Source of the DNA: Octopus bimaculoides
Lineage: Eukaryota
Direction: 5' to 3'
Assembly: GCF_001194135.2 (NCBI RefSeq)
Contig: NC_068994.1
Span: 26,533,121 to 26,585,366 of the forward strand
Length of the DNA: 52,246 nucleotides
The stretch's first letter is position 1. Each line of letters begins with the position of its first letter. A program made the position numbers and the translations under genes. Positions 1 to 12,998 of the stretch are shown piece by piece. The notes below the pieces were generated by a model that did no database searches, was not told the DNA's origin, and saw only the letters and a program-made list of their open reading frames with translations.

Positions 1-493
1 TATTTATTATGTAGATTCTGAATATACAAAACATTTCCGTGAAAGTGTTTTGGGAGAGAGGCGGGGGACAATTTTCGGAAATTCCACTTAAATTCCTCTT
101 AACTTCCAGGAAAATGAATAATTTTTCATGAAATTTTCTACAAATATATCTTGATGTATGTACATTTCAAGCATGTAGGAATTTTGAAGGAAACAACTGT
201 AGGTTATTTTTGAGAAGTGTTCCCCACTCGGTGGTGTTTCGGAGCTAGTCGTCCATATTTGTTTCATTTTTCTCTATTATGTGCTTATGCGCATCCGTAG
301 ATTTCTAATGAAGTAATAGGCAGTGAAGAGATGCCGTCATAAGAAAACTTTTAACTACCTCTATTCCTTTCTCCCCCTCTCTCTACCTCTTCCTCTCTCG
401 CTCTCTCAAATGCATACACGTGCAAGTACACAATCATTCAGTAAAATATAACTCATGTTCGTCAAAGTTTTGTAAATATACCACGATTTTCAC

Positions 494-611
494 TAGGGTT
501 TTAGGGTCAAGGTTAGGGTTAGGATTAGTGTTACGGTTTTAGGGTCAGGGTTAGGGTTTAGGGTTAGTGTTAGGGTTAGTGTTAGGATTAGGTTTAGGGT
601 TAGGGTTGGGT
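494..611 (+). repeat. Degenerate telomere-like (TTAGGG)n tract
   Basis: ~120 bp of TTAGGG/TTAGTG/TTAGGA variants, including a duplicated ttttagggtca(a/g)ggttaggg block. Confidence 0.85.
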
Positions 612-1203
612 AATCGTGCAGGTGTTAATCTAAAAAATTACAGATATGTGAAAAGTACCGGCCCTGCCATCTATTATAACTTTTGTTGTTCTGTTTAATA
701 TATACATAGATTATGCCTCCAAAGAAGAGAGTTTGCTGGGGAAAGACAGCAACCGGTTTAAAATGGCAGCAACAGACTGCAGCAATTCACCACATTCCAG
801 AAGCTACTTAAAACATAATGCAAAATGGTGCATCAACATCTTCTGCCCAGTCTGATAGAATTCTGGCAAAACTGTGTAACAACAGATCGCCAGCAATTGC
901 TTCATCACAAATTGCCGTACTAGTTCCTGCGAAAAGGGATTACCCTGCTATGTATAATCAGGGCAGCGCAAAAAGTTGTTTTGCACAAGCATTCCTATAG
1001 CCAATTAGACGGATGAAATTTACGTACGCTTAGTAATTTTACGCAAAACANNNNNNNNNNNNNNNNNNNNNNNNNNNNNNNNNNNNNNNNNNNNNNNNNN
1101 NNNNNNNNNNNNNNNNNNNNNNNNNNNNNNNNNNNNNNNNNNNNNNNNNNNNNNNNNNNNNNNNNNNNNNNNNNNNNNNNNNNNNNNNNNNNNNNNNNNN
1201 NNN

Positions 1204-1250
<47 letters not shown>

Positions 1251-1284
1251 ATACATACATACATGACATATATATGTACGACAG

Positions 1285-1981
1285 AGAAAAGAGAAAAGTG
1301 GGGCATAAAAGACATCAGATATTTGGCCATGTGATGCATATGAAGGCGGACAGTTGTGCAAAGAAGTACCAACCTCTAACTGTGGAGGGAACTTGCGGTA
1401 GAGGTACACCCAAGAAGACATGGGACGAGGTTGTGAAGTGTGATCTTTGAACATTGGGCTTCATGGAGGTGTTGGCTAGTGACCAAAACCTTTGGTGATA
1501 TGCCATGCTTGAGAAGACCCATCAAGTCAAGTGAAATACTAATTATGGCTGATGCTGGCGTCACATAAATGGCGGTGACATGTAAAAAGCACCTTTCAAA
1601 CATTGGATCTCATGGAAGCAATATGGCTCATACCGTTGGCATGTAAAAAACACCTTTGGAGCATTGGGCCTCATAAAGGCAATGACAAATGATCGAGACC
1701 TTTGGCAATATGCTGTGCTGTAGAAGAAGACCCATCGAGCCAAGTGAAATCATAGCTGTGACAGATACTGGTGTCACACAACTTGCACCTGTGCTAGTGT
1801 CATGTAACTGGCACCCATTACACTCTTGAAGTGGTTGATATTAGGAAGGGCATCCAGCCATAGACACCATGTCAAATCAAACTGGAGTCTGGTGTAGCCC
1901 CTTGGCTTGCCAGCCCTGCTCAAACTGTCCAACCCATGCCAGCATAGACAACAGACATTAAATGATGATGATGATGATGAT
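1285..1981 (+). mobile_element. RTE LINE (family 1) 3' fragment: ORF2 C-terminus, duplicated tail modules, 3' UTR and (GAT)n tail
   Basis: Translates FGHVMHM...VEGTCGRGTPKKTWDEVVKCDL (typical RTE C-terminus); taggaagggcatccagc 3' UTR motif; ends in (tga)n. Confidence 0.85.
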
Positions 1982-2509
1982 ATATATACAATGGGGTGCT
2001 GAAAAGTTCCTGGCTTTAATGGTATCACAAAAGTCCTGTTGGAAGCCCAACCTTCTGAGTTCTTTTACAGGCCTTAGAAAAACTGAAGGACTACTGCAAT
2101 AAATGTGGGGAATATGTTAACTAAAATCATAATTAACTGTTCTTCCTGTATTTCTTTTACCCAAAGCCAGGAACATTTCAACATCCACCCCCTCGTGTGT
2201 TTGTTTGTGTGTTTGGTTTTATGTTCAGTTATGATGAAAACAGCTTTGCATTAATCTGATTTTGTTATTCTTTAACTAAAATGATACTGACTGTGACTTC
2301 ATAGTTTCAGCCAGCTAAGCTATCATCAGACTGTGATGCATTGAGTTAGTTTTGGCTTTATAAAGTCTCTGTTAAGATAGGAATTTTTACTGGGGTTTGT
2401 GGAGTTCAGTTCAAAAGTTGATTAGGTTGTAGGGTGGATTGTAATGGGGAGATGTTGCAGAAAAATATTTATTGATTAAATTTGGGTTTTTCAGAATTTA
2501 TTCATGCGT

Positions 2510-2664
2510 GTTCATGGCTGTGTGGTAAGAAGCTTGCTTCCCAACCACATTGTTTTGGGTTCAGTCCTACTGTGTGGCACCTTGGGCAAGTGTCTTCTAC
2601 TGTAGCCTTGGGCCAACCAAAGCCTTGTGAGTGGATTTGGTAGACGGAAACTGAAAGAAGCCCG

Positions 2665-2699
<35 letters not shown>

Positions 2700-2874
2700 N
2701 NNNNNNNNNNNNNNNNNNNNNNNNNNNNNNNNNNNNNNNNNNNNNNNNNNNNNNNNNNNNNNNNNNNNNNNNNNNNNNNNNNNNNNNNNNNNNNNNNNNN
2801 NNNNNNNNNNNNNNNNNNNNNNNNNNNNNNNNNNNNNNNNNNNNNNNNNNNNNNNNNNNNNNNNNNNNNNNNNN

Positions 2875-2909
<35 letters not shown>

Positions 2910-3222
2910 GAGAATGTACGAAAAAAAACAACAACAGATGAGGACATATATATGTGTATATATATATATATATATAAACACACATATGTGTGTGTGTATG
3001 TATATATATCTATGTGTGTATGTCTTTGTCTCCCATTACTGCTTGACAACCTGTGTTCGTGTGTTTATGTCCCCGTAACTTAGTGGTTCAGCAAAAGAGA
3101 ACAATAGAGTAAGTACCAGGCTTTCAAAATAAGTACTGGGGTTGATTCATTCAACTAAAAATTCAATGCAGTGCCTCAGCATGGCTGCAGTCTAGTGACT
3201 GAAACAAGTAAAAGATAAAGGA
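2510..3222 (+). mobile_element. tRNA-headed SINE, family A, with internal (TA)n and N-gap
   Basis: Head tggctgtgtggtaag...ggttcagtcc (A/B-box-like); tail ...gactgaaacaagtaaaag; same blocks as 15586-15999. Confidence 0.85.
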
Positions 3223-3584
3223 AGATAAAAAACTTTGTAAACAGGTGTATATATTTAGGTGTGTCAGCTTCAGGTCATGAGAATATTGCTATATAATAAT
3301 ACATTATTTCAGGCTTGTGGATATATGAAAAAGTAGAGCTTTATAAAAAAAAGTGGTTCTACTCATTTAAAAAATTAGGAAAACAAATAAAATTTAATTA
3401 AAAAAGATATTTAAATAGATAAAAATTGAAGAAAAATTTAATTAATAAAAAGGGAGAATATAAAAGGAAAGGGTCTTCTAATTTGCCTGCAAATTAATAT
3501 ATGTACTCACATAAATATATATTTATATGCTTCCTTCCATTTCCAAAACTTCTCCCTCAATTCCTCCATCATCTCACTCATCAG

Positions 3585-4522
3585 AACAAGGGTTTGAAGG
3601 TAACCTTTGGGAAGATAAAGGTGATGGTGAGTAGGGTGGAAGAAGTGTTAGTGAGTAAGGTGGATCTATGTGGTGTATGTGGGAGGAGGGTAATGGCACA
3701 TGCAGTGCTATGTACGAGATGTGAGAAATGGATTCACGGTAGATGTATGAAAATGAAAAGGTGACCCTAAGACTAGCAAGAGAGTTTGTGGAAGATGTAA
3801 GAAAGGAGTTGAAGGGCTGGCGAAGTCAGTGGAAGCACTATGTGATGAGGTGGAAACAGTGAGAGGGTTTTGTTATTTGGGAGATAGGGTGGATGTAAGT
3901 GGTGGATGTGAAGCAGCTGTGACAGCAAGAGTGAGGTTTGGCTGGGTGAAGTTCAGGGAATATGGAGCGTTGTTATATGGGAAAAGGTTTTCATTGAAGA
4001 TGGAAAGAAAGGTGTATAGGGGTTGTGTGAGAGCTGCAATGCTGTATGGGAGTGAGACATGGTTTTTGAGGGAGAGAGAGATGGAATTTTTGAGAAGGAC
4101 TGAGAGAGCAATGGTGAGAGAAATGTGTGGCGTAAGGCTGTTTGATAAGAGGAGGACTGAGGATGTGATGTGGATGCTGGCATTGGAGGAATCAGTGGAA
4201 TAGCTGGCAAGGGCAAATGGAGTGCAGTGATATATGTGTGTGTTGAGGTGGGATGAGGAGCATGTGTTGAGATGGGATGAGGAGCATGTGTTGAAGAGGG
4301 TGCTAGAGTTTGAAGTAAATGGACAGCGAAAGCAAGGTAGACTGAGGAAAATGTGGAGGGGACAGGTGGAGGAGGAGATTGGGAGGGTTGGCTTCAGAAT
4401 AGGGGACGCTCCAAACTGGGCAAGATGGCAAGATGGTGTGAGGGTGGTTGCTATGGCATTGAGGCCACCCCTGTTAATGGGGACAAAACCCAGATTTAAA
4501 ATGATGGATGATGATGATGATA
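3585..4522 (+). mobile_element. RTE LINE (family 2), 5'-truncated: RT end, PHD-like finger, C-terminus and (GAT)n tail
   Basis: GLKVTFGKIKVMV, CGVC..CTRCEKWIHGRC, FCYLGD, VRAAMLYGSETW, GRLRKMW; several stops; 24-bp tandem duplication near 4239-4290. Confidence 0.9.
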
Positions 4523-4550
4523 TGCAAGCAATTCAGAAGACTCTTTCCAT

Positions 4551-4587
<37 letters not shown>

Positions 4588-4591
<4 letters not shown>

Positions 4592-5052
4592 GTGCAAGGA
4601 TTCTGACCACCTCCAAGTGATAAAAGTGGACTGATACATTGCTATAAAATAAATAATTGACAACAGTTCAGGGTAAGCAGTTCACTGTGAGCCATGATTG
4701 AGAGCATTTAACCTCATGTAACACTAATCGTAGTGCATCATATGAATACTTTATTTTCCCTGCTTCGTTAAATTATATATCCAACACCAGGATATAAAAG
4801 TGATGATGAGTTGTTTGAAGCTTCCTTTGGGCATTTAAAACTCTTTTTTGGTATGAAACCTATTATGGGGATAATAGTAATAATGGAACACCCCTCCCAT
4901 GTGATGAGTGGTATGTGCTGGTCATTACAAATCTGTGACGTAGGAAGTCAAAAACAGTGTCAGTTATGTAGATGGTCATTAGATAGTCATGTCTTTGCTT
5001 GTCTAACTAACTATATTGTTATACTGGAGTGGGCATTATAACAGTCCGAACA
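4588..5052 (+). repeat. 5' LTR of the Gypsy element
   Basis: 4590-4795 aligns with 8705-8895 (roughly 75-80% by eye, e.g. cattgctataaaataaa and attaaattatatatcca.caccaggatata); followed by a PBS-like motif. Confidence 0.7.
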
Positions 5053-5053
5053 G

Positions 5054-5065
5054 TGGTGATGAAGA
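5054..5065 (+). promoter_or_regulatory. Primer-binding site-like motif
   Basis: TGGTGATGAAGA directly after ...aca(g) and upstream of gag. Confidence 0.55.
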
Positions 5066-5169
5066 ATTAACGAACTCACAAGGATTAAACAAATCCATGA
5101 AGAGTTACAAAACTCACAAAAGTTTTTTGTGTGAATTTTATGGTATACAAAATCGTAAAATTATGGAAG

Positions 5170-6330
5170 ATTTGTTGGCCAGTTTGCTCATATTGCCAAA
5201 AACAGCAACAACAGCCACTGCAAGAACAACAACAACAACAATTACTATCGCAGCAACAAATGCTACAATTAATGAATAGTAACTTGTTAAAAAATGCTGA
5301 AAAGATATTCTTGCCAGATTACATTGCAAACTCAATAATAGAATTTAAGTATGAACCAGATGAAGGAGTTACCTTCAACGTGTACTGTAGAAGATATGAA
5401 CAAATCTTCAATAAAGAGTACAAAGATTGAGATAATGATATGAAAATGCATCTAATTCTAAGGAAACTGGCAGCAATCATGTACTCCCGAAAAAACCTTC
5501 TGACATAAGCTTTAAAAATACAATAGACATATTGTGTAAAATTTTTAGTGAGATAGGCTTGGTGTTCAATACATGCTGGAAATGTTTGAACCTAGAAACG
5601 AACAACAAGGAGGACTACATCACATATGTTGGTAGAGTTAACATCATCATCATCGTTGTTGTCGTTTAATGTCCGCTTTCCATACTGCATGGGTTGGACG
5701 GTTTGACTGAGGGCTGGCGAGCCAGAAGGCTGCACCAGGCTCCAATCTGATCAGACATTATTTCTACAGCTGGATGTCCTTCCGAATGCCAACCACTCTG
5801 AGAGCGTAGTGGGTGCTTTTTACGCACCACCAGCATGAGGACCAGTCAGGTGGTACTGGCATCGGCCATGCTTGAATGGTGCCTTTTACATGATGAATTA
5901 ACGCCAGATATGTTCAAGTGCCTGATATTTACTCAGGGGCTAACTGCAGAAAAAGACACAGAAGTAAGAACAAGAATTCTTGCTAAGCTGGTACAAAACC
6001 AAGCTGTAACCTTACAACAAATGTCAGAAGACTGTGAAAGAATAGTAAATTTAAGACACGACACAGAGAAAATTGAACATAAAGATTGCTCCCAAGTGAA
6101 ACAACAGAAATCAAGTGTATGCTAAAATATGTACCAAAATACAGTACAAACAGGACAAAAGTCAGGAAACAGATCCATGTTTGAGAAAAACTGCCTATTT
6201 AAGAAAGTGGAATGTTTCTGTTATGGAAAAATTGGACAAGTAAAAGTGCATTGTAAAATCAAGATAACAAAACGTTGGAACAAAGAAAAAAGAATAAGAT
6301 GTTGTCGAAAGAAAATGGTAAGGTGACGAA
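5170..6330 (+). pseudogene. gag: Gypsy gag remnant, interrupted by an RTE 3' UTR insertion
   Basis: FKYEPDEGVTFNVYCRRYE and ELTPDMFKCLIFTQGLTAEKDTEVRTRIL; decayed zinc knuckle (CFCYGKIGQVKVHC). Confidence 0.75.
5642..5891 (-). mobile_element. RTE family 1 3' UTR fragment inserted into gag
   Basis: (cat)n tail at 5642; matches 16121-16330; gag frame resumes on both sides with a small deletion. Confidence 0.85.
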
Positions 6331-6334
6331 GAAA

Positions 6335-8420
6335 TTCATAAATGTAAAAATTAAAAATATAAGAGTAAAAATGCAGTTAGATACTAGAAGTAATATTACC
6401 ATTGTGAATGAAGAAACTTGGAAGTATATTGGTTAGCCAAAATTATGGGTAAAAGATTGTATTTTGTAGGTGAATTTGTGTGTAATGTGATATTTTGGGA
6501 CCAAATGAAAACATCAAAAGTATATGTGTTAAAAAATTCAGTAAATCTATTTAGCACAGAGTGAGTAGAACTGTTTAAATTGTGGAATATGCCCACAAGT
6601 GTTTTGTGTGAGAATATAGTTGGTTCAGTTGAAGGTTTGAATGCGGTTGAAGAAATGAAACAAAAAATGAAACATTTATTTTGAGAAGTTTTCTTGGATG
6701 AACTGGGCTGCTGCATGAAAATGAAGGCAAAAATTGTTGTAAAACAAAGTGCAACACCTGTATTTAAGCCAAAATGGAATGTACTGTTTATGGTGCTAGA
6801 ACAGGTAAATAGGGAACTTGAGAGACTTGAAAGCCTAGGAATAATCGAGAAGACAGCCCACTCAGATCGAGCAGCAACTATGGTCTATGTAAAAGAGAAA
6901 ACAATAAGTTAAGAGTCTGTGCAGATTTTTCAACAAGGTTGAATGATTGTTTAATCTAACATAACTACCCATTGCTGAGTCCTGAGGAAGTGTTCACAAA
7001 ATTGAATGGAGGGAAATTCTTCTCAAAATTAGATCTCATGGAGGCTTATTTACAAATCCAAGTAGAAGAAGAATGCTCACACTTATTAATCATTAATACA
7101 CACCATAGCTTATTTAAATTTCAGTGACTTCCCTTAGGTGCAAAAATGGCTCCTTTCATATTTCAGCAAGTAATGGATACAATGCTGGGTGATTATGATT
7201 TTGCTATCACCTATACTGCTCATAGATTGCAATACTGGGGTACTATATTATTACACTATGATTTTAAGATGGAGTTTATACCATCTAAGAAATTAAGACA
7301 TGCTGATTGTTTATCAAGACTGATTTTAAAAAATGCTGAACCATTTGAAGATACCATGATTGTTGCATTGCAAGCAGAAAATGAAATTAAACATGTTTTC
7401 TGTAACATCATATGTGAATTGCCAATCACATTACAAGACATAAAATTAAAATTGGAAAAAGATAAATTCATTAAAAGAATGAAAGAAATGTTGAAAGCTA
7501 AAAGAGATAAAAATATGTGCAACACAAATGCGAACTCATTCTCAATGAGTGACAATGTATTGATGTATGCACAAAAGGTCGAAGTGCCAGCTACACTGCA
7601 AAAGCAATTATTAAAGGAATTTCACATTGGTCATCCAGAGATTTCGAAAATGAAATTGTTAATGAAAAGTGATGTATATTGGCCAACAATGGACCATGAC
7701 ATTTAAGAAATAGTGAAAGTATGCAGAAGGTGTGCTCTAACTGTAAAAGCACCTACTACTAAATAGCAACTGTGGCTAAAAAACAGATATTTCATAGGCC
7801 AGACTGCTTGTTGATTACACAGGTCCACTTAAGGGTTCACATTCACTGTGTCGTGGTGGATAGCTTTTCAAAGTGGCCTGAAGTGCATAAGTGTAAAAAG
7901 CCAACATTTGTGGTTACAGTACATTTTTTTATATGAATTGTTTGCCAGATAGGATATTCCTGGTACTATTGTATCTGATAATGGAACTCAATTTACTTGA
8001 GATGAGTTCAGAAAAATTTTTTTAAATGTTCATTAACAAACATGTCACCACTCTGCCCTATCATCCTAGGTCAAATGGACAAGTGGAACGTTTTGTTGAC
8101 ACTTTCAAGAGGGTGTTGAAAAAGGCAAACAATGAAATATGGATGACCTTGCACGTCAACAATTTCTAAGAGTGTACTGAGTAACACCTAATCCAAATAC
8201 ACCATCTGGAATGTCACCCACAGAATTGATATTTGCAAGAAAGATCAGATCCATTTTTGATAAGTTGATACCAAATGAACATACAAAAAAGGCGAACAAT
8301 AAATATGCTTCAAAGTTCTTCAAGTTAGGTGACAAAGTTTTTTTTTTAAATCTATAGATATGGCAAAGAAAGCTGGGAGGATGGTGTAACCATTAAACAA
8401 ATTGGAATAATGTTATTCCT
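6335..8420 (+). pseudogene. pol: Gypsy pol remnant (protease, RT N-half, RNase H end, integrase) with an internal deletion near 7212
   Basis: MQLDTRSN (protease), FSKLDLMEAYLQI and LPLGAKMAPFIFQ (RT), HADCLSRL (RH end), HIGH..C..C, SDNGTQF and SNGQVERF (IN); no YxDD motif. Confidence 0.88.
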
Positions 8421-8690
8421 GGTAAAAGGAAAAATTGTCAAACATAAGATATATTAACCACTTAAAAAGAAGATTAATGGAGAGAACAGTCATGAGAAAT
8501 GAAATCTCCATGGAAGTATTGTATGACACATTTGAGATACCAACACCCAAACAATTTGAAACTACTCTTTCTAGCACCAGAAAATGGAAAGGAATGGAAA
8601 CACCGGAATTGAATTCTAAGTGTAAGAGATATTAAATCTCTGAGTGGAGTTTAATTCTCAAAAGGGGAGAAGTTATGGAAGACTAATTCT

Positions 8691-8895
8691 AAAAAGGAGA
8701 GATGTTGTGGAAGGATACCCCCACCCCAAGTGACTAAAAGTGGATTGACTCATTGCTATAAAATAAAGAACTACAAGCAGTTCAATGCGAGCTGTGTCAA
8801 AGAGCCATTAACCTTGTGGAACAGTAACTGTAGTGCTTGGTATGAATACTTTCTTTCTCCCTGCTTCATTAAATTATATATCCAGCACCAGGATA
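8691..8895 (+). repeat. PPT (8691-8702) and truncated 3' LTR (from 8703)
   Basis: aaaaaggagaga followed by TGTTGTGG; LTR cut at ~8895 by an RTE insertion. Confidence 0.75.
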
Positions 8896-8898
8896 TAT

Positions 8899-10650
8899 AT
8901 CATCATCATCTTCATTATTTAATGTCCATTGTCCATGTTGGTATATGTTGGATGGTTTGACTGGGCTGGCACTCTGGAAAGCTGTGCCAAAATTCAGTTT
9001 GATTTGGCATGGTTTTCTACAGCTGGATGCCCTTCCTAATGCCAACCACTCCAAGAGTGTAATGGATGCTTTTACGTGCTATGGATTTTGTTACGCACCA
9101 CAAGCACGGATGTACTTGGCTTGACGGGTACTCTTAAGCAGAGCACATTGCCAAAGGTCTCAGTCACTAGTCATTGCCTTTGTGCATTTCAAAGTTTGAA
9201 GGTCATGCTTCACCGCCTCATCCAATGTCTTCTTGCGTCTACCTCTATCGCAGGTTCCCTCCACAGTTAGAAATCAGCACTTCTTTACACATATATCCTC
9301 ATCTATACACATCACATGACCATACCAGTGCAGTTGTCTCTCTTGCACTCCACATCTGATTCCTCTTATGCCTAACTTTTCTCTCAAGATGCTTACACAC
9401 TGTTGAACATGCACACTGACGTTGCACATCCAGCGAAGCATACTGGCTTCATTTCTTTCAAGCCTATGCATGTCCCCTGCTGTTATTGTCCATGTTTCAC
9501 TGCTATGCAGCATAGCTATTTGCACACAAGCATCAATCAATCTGCTTTTCACTCTGAGAGAGAGAGACACTATGTTGCCAGCAGGGGTAGGAACTCTCTG
9601 AACTTTGTTCAGCCTAATCTTATTCTCACAGCTATGCTCTCAGAACAACCACCTCCACTACTAACCAGGTCGCCTAGATACTGGAAGCTATCTACTACCT
9701 CTAGTTTGCCCCCCATGGCAGTTGATGGAGTCTATTTTCTGCACATGTTCAGCATTTATTATGCCTGTGCACCTTCCTTTGATATTGCTGCACCTTTTGT
9801 GTGTCCAAAGCTTACACTGTGGGCATCTTATGGAGTTTCCACCTACATCTTTTCTGCAGATTGAGCAAAGCCATCTACCTGAGGGGTTCTGTGATTTGTC
9901 TGCCTTCCTACTTACTATGACTTTGATTTTTGCTAGGTTAACATTTTTGCTAGGTTAACTCTATGGTCCTTTGATTCTAGACTTTTTCTCCATACCCGAA
10001 ACTTCTTCTCTAGCTCAGGTAATGATTCAGCTATGAGAGCAAGGTCATCAGCATAGAGGAGCTCCCAGGGGCAGCCTGTCATGAATTCCTCTGTTATTGC
10101 CTGGAGGACTATGATGATCAAGAGGGAGCTGAGTTCCAATCCTTGGTGAACCCCTACTTGTACCCTGAATTCTTTGCTGTACTCATTGCCCACCCTCACC
10201 TTACTGGTAGGGTCCCTGTACAGCTCTCACCAACCACTCGTCTGTCCCTAGTTTCTGCATTGACCATCAAAACAACAAAAGCTAAGTACAGAGGTTTATC
10301 TTTGGCTAGGTATTTCTCCTGCAGTTGCCTTACCAGATATATAGCATCAGTGGTGCTTCTACCCAGCACAAAGCCAAACTGCATCTCATCTAGACTAACT
10401 CTCTCACTGATTAGTTGGGCTATGACACTCTCTGCAACTTTTATCACCTGATCCAACAATTTGATACTTCCGTAATTATTTCTATCTAAGGCATCACCTT
10501 TACCTTTGTAGCAGTTGACTATGGTGCTGCTACACCAGTCATTAGGTATGATTCCTTCATGAACCACCTGATTTACAATACAAGTGACTAGACCATAACC
10601 CACACTGGTAGATATTTTAAGCATCTCAGTGGTTATTCTTGATGGGCCGG
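8899..10650 (-). mobile_element. RTE LINE family 1, 5'-truncated (RT, PHD-like finger, C-terminus, 3' UTR)
   Basis: KAPGPS..EMLK, NYGSIKLL, MQFGFV, GVHQG, LLYADDL, AMLHSSETW, LHWYGHV; frameshifted. Confidence 0.92.
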
Positions 10651-10668
10651 GGGGCTTTCCTTTTCTTC

Positions 10669-10717
<49 letters not shown>

Positions 10718-11161
10718 TATGTTATAAATTAGAACAAACTGTAAAATGTTGTCATCATAGTACTTGGAGTTTCAAATGTCAGAACTATGATCCATTCTTG
10801 TCGGCTATTAATGACAACAGACACTACACAAACCATTAAATATAAGGGAAGTAACTCTGATAGTTGGAAAAAGAAAAAAGATAAAGATAAAAATATATAA
10901 ATATATATAAAAATATACACACAACCATATTCTCACAATACTTTGACATAGACCTCCTGTGTTCACAATGTCTACATATGTAGACACTCACACAAACATG
11001 TATATGTACATGCACACACACAAACATATATGTATGTACGTACCCATACATGCATACAAATCCACATGCACACACACATATATGTCAATATGTACACAAC
11101 TGCATCCTCATTAACAAATACAAAAATCATATATGTTTAGACATTTATACGTATATGTATA

Positions 11162-11220
<59 letters not shown>

Positions 11221-11583
11221 NNNNNNNNNNNNNNNNNNNNNNNNNNNNNNNNNNNNNNNNNNNNNNNNNNNNNNNNNNNNNNNNNNNNNNNNNNNNNNNN
11301 NNNNNNNNNNNNNNNNNNNNNNNNNNNNNNNNNNNNNNNNNNNNNNNNNNNNNNNNNNNNNNNNNNNNNNNNNNNNNNNNNNNNNNNNNNNNNNNNNNNN
11401 NNNNNNNNNNNNNNNNNNNNNNNNNNNNNNNNNNNNNNNNNNNNNNNNNNNNNNNNNNNNNNNNNNNNNNNNNNNNNNNNNNNNNNNNNNNNNNNNNNNN
11501 NNNNNNNNNNNNNNNNNNNNNNNNNNNNNNNNNNNNNNNNNNNNNNNNNNNNNNNNNNNNNNNNNNNNNNNNNNNNNNNNNNN

Positions 11584-11790
11584 GGAAATCCAAAAAATGA
11601 AGAAGAACAAACACAAAAGAAACACAACAATGCAAGGACGTGGTACATTAGCAGACGCTCAGGGAAGGAAAGAAACATGGTTTAATGTTTTGAGCAATGC
11701 TCTTCTTCAGAACCAGGAAAGTCCAATAGAAAGGAAGATGGAGCAAGAAAATCGCCAATGATTCACATGTGATTACATTTTGAAATGACT
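11584..11790 (-). mobile_element. Unclassified interspersed repeat carrying a decayed hammerhead (PLE-like end)
   Basis: Non-microsatellite block beside the gap that contains the hammerhead motif below. Confidence 0.45.
11678..11715 (-). ncRNA. Decayed minimal type I hammerhead motif
   Basis: Minus strand: TGGTT-CTGAAGA-A-GAGC att GCTC-AAAA-CATTA-AACCA; helices I and II intact; GAAA changed to AAAA. Confidence 0.6.
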
Positions 11791-12025
11791 GGAAGGAAAT
11801 GGGTGAAGAAAAAAGTTCTTTCTAAGACAGGGAAGTGTAAGAGAAGGAGGTATGTGTGTGTTTGTGTGGGTATGTGTGTGTACACAAGTCTCTGTGTGTG
11901 TAATAGCATGTGTGTGTGTGTGTGTGTGTGTATGTGTGTGATTATGTTGTGTGGTGTGTGTGCATGTGTGTGTGCCTGTGTATATATATGTGTTTATATG
12001 TGTATGTGTGTGTGTGTGTGTGTGG

Positions 12026-12057
<32 letters not shown>

Positions 12058-12352
12058 GTATACATACATATATGTGTGTGTGTGTGTGTGCATGGTGGGG
12101 AAAAACATGCTGAAGTAATACTGTTGATTGACATGAATTTTGCAGAAAATAGAAAATAAAAATATATTCAGATGAAAAGATTTCAGTGTGTTAATACACA
12201 CACATACATAGTTATTGATGCATAATGTTTATCTGTATCTATAGTTATTTATTTATTATGCATAATGTATTTATATATCCATCTATTTCTGTCTGACTGT
12301 CTGTCTAACCTATTTATCCATTTGTATGTACACACACACACACGCAAATGTA

Positions 12353-12429
<77 letters not shown>

Positions 12430-12998
12430 ATCTATTTATCTAGCTAACCATCTGTCTCTCTGTCTATCTATCTCTCTATCTGTGTGAATGTATGTATATA
12501 AATCACTTAATGTATTTTGCTATGGACACAGATATAATAAAATCTTTAATAGAATCTCATTTAAAATTAGCTATTGTTGTAAAATTTATTAAGCAGTGTA
12601 AAGGTATAAGGTGCTTTGATATTAATATTAATATTTCTACATGTAATTATGTGAAGCCTCAACTACAATCTCCTCATTGATAGTTGTTGGTCTGTGAGAT
12701 TATGTAAAGTATGAGGGTGCAAAATGACAACAATCCAATATCAAAGATTTACACTGGACTGATGGAAAAAATATATTTAGATGTGATTTTACTTGTGTAA
12801 GAATTCTTTAAATAGTCAGATAAAATGCTTTCTCTGTGTTTGTCTAAGTGTATTTGGTTTTTAAAACAATGTAGCTCTGCACCTTTTAAGGTATACTTGC
12901 TTATCTTAGAATACATCTTAGTCCATGCAGGCATGTGTCCCGGCATGCCTGTGCATGGTGTACTTTGTGCTTCAGTAAAGATTCTTCATTATATTCAG

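Larger units (their letters stand above)
4588..8895 (+). mobile_element. Decayed Ty3/Gypsy LTR retrotransposon
   Basis: LTR, PBS, gag, PR, RT, RH remnant, IN, PPT, LTR in Gypsy order; many stops and frameshifts. Confidence 0.92.

Noticed and set aside
707-1000. MPPKKR... start and the 818-1000 ORF as a transposase or Helitron N-terminus
   Set aside because: Early stop, no domain motif, and the sequence ends at a gap.
2290-2335. Minus-strand CTGATGA...GAAA hammerhead-like motif
   Set aside because: Helix II is only ~3 bp and no helix I or cleavage triplet can be formed.
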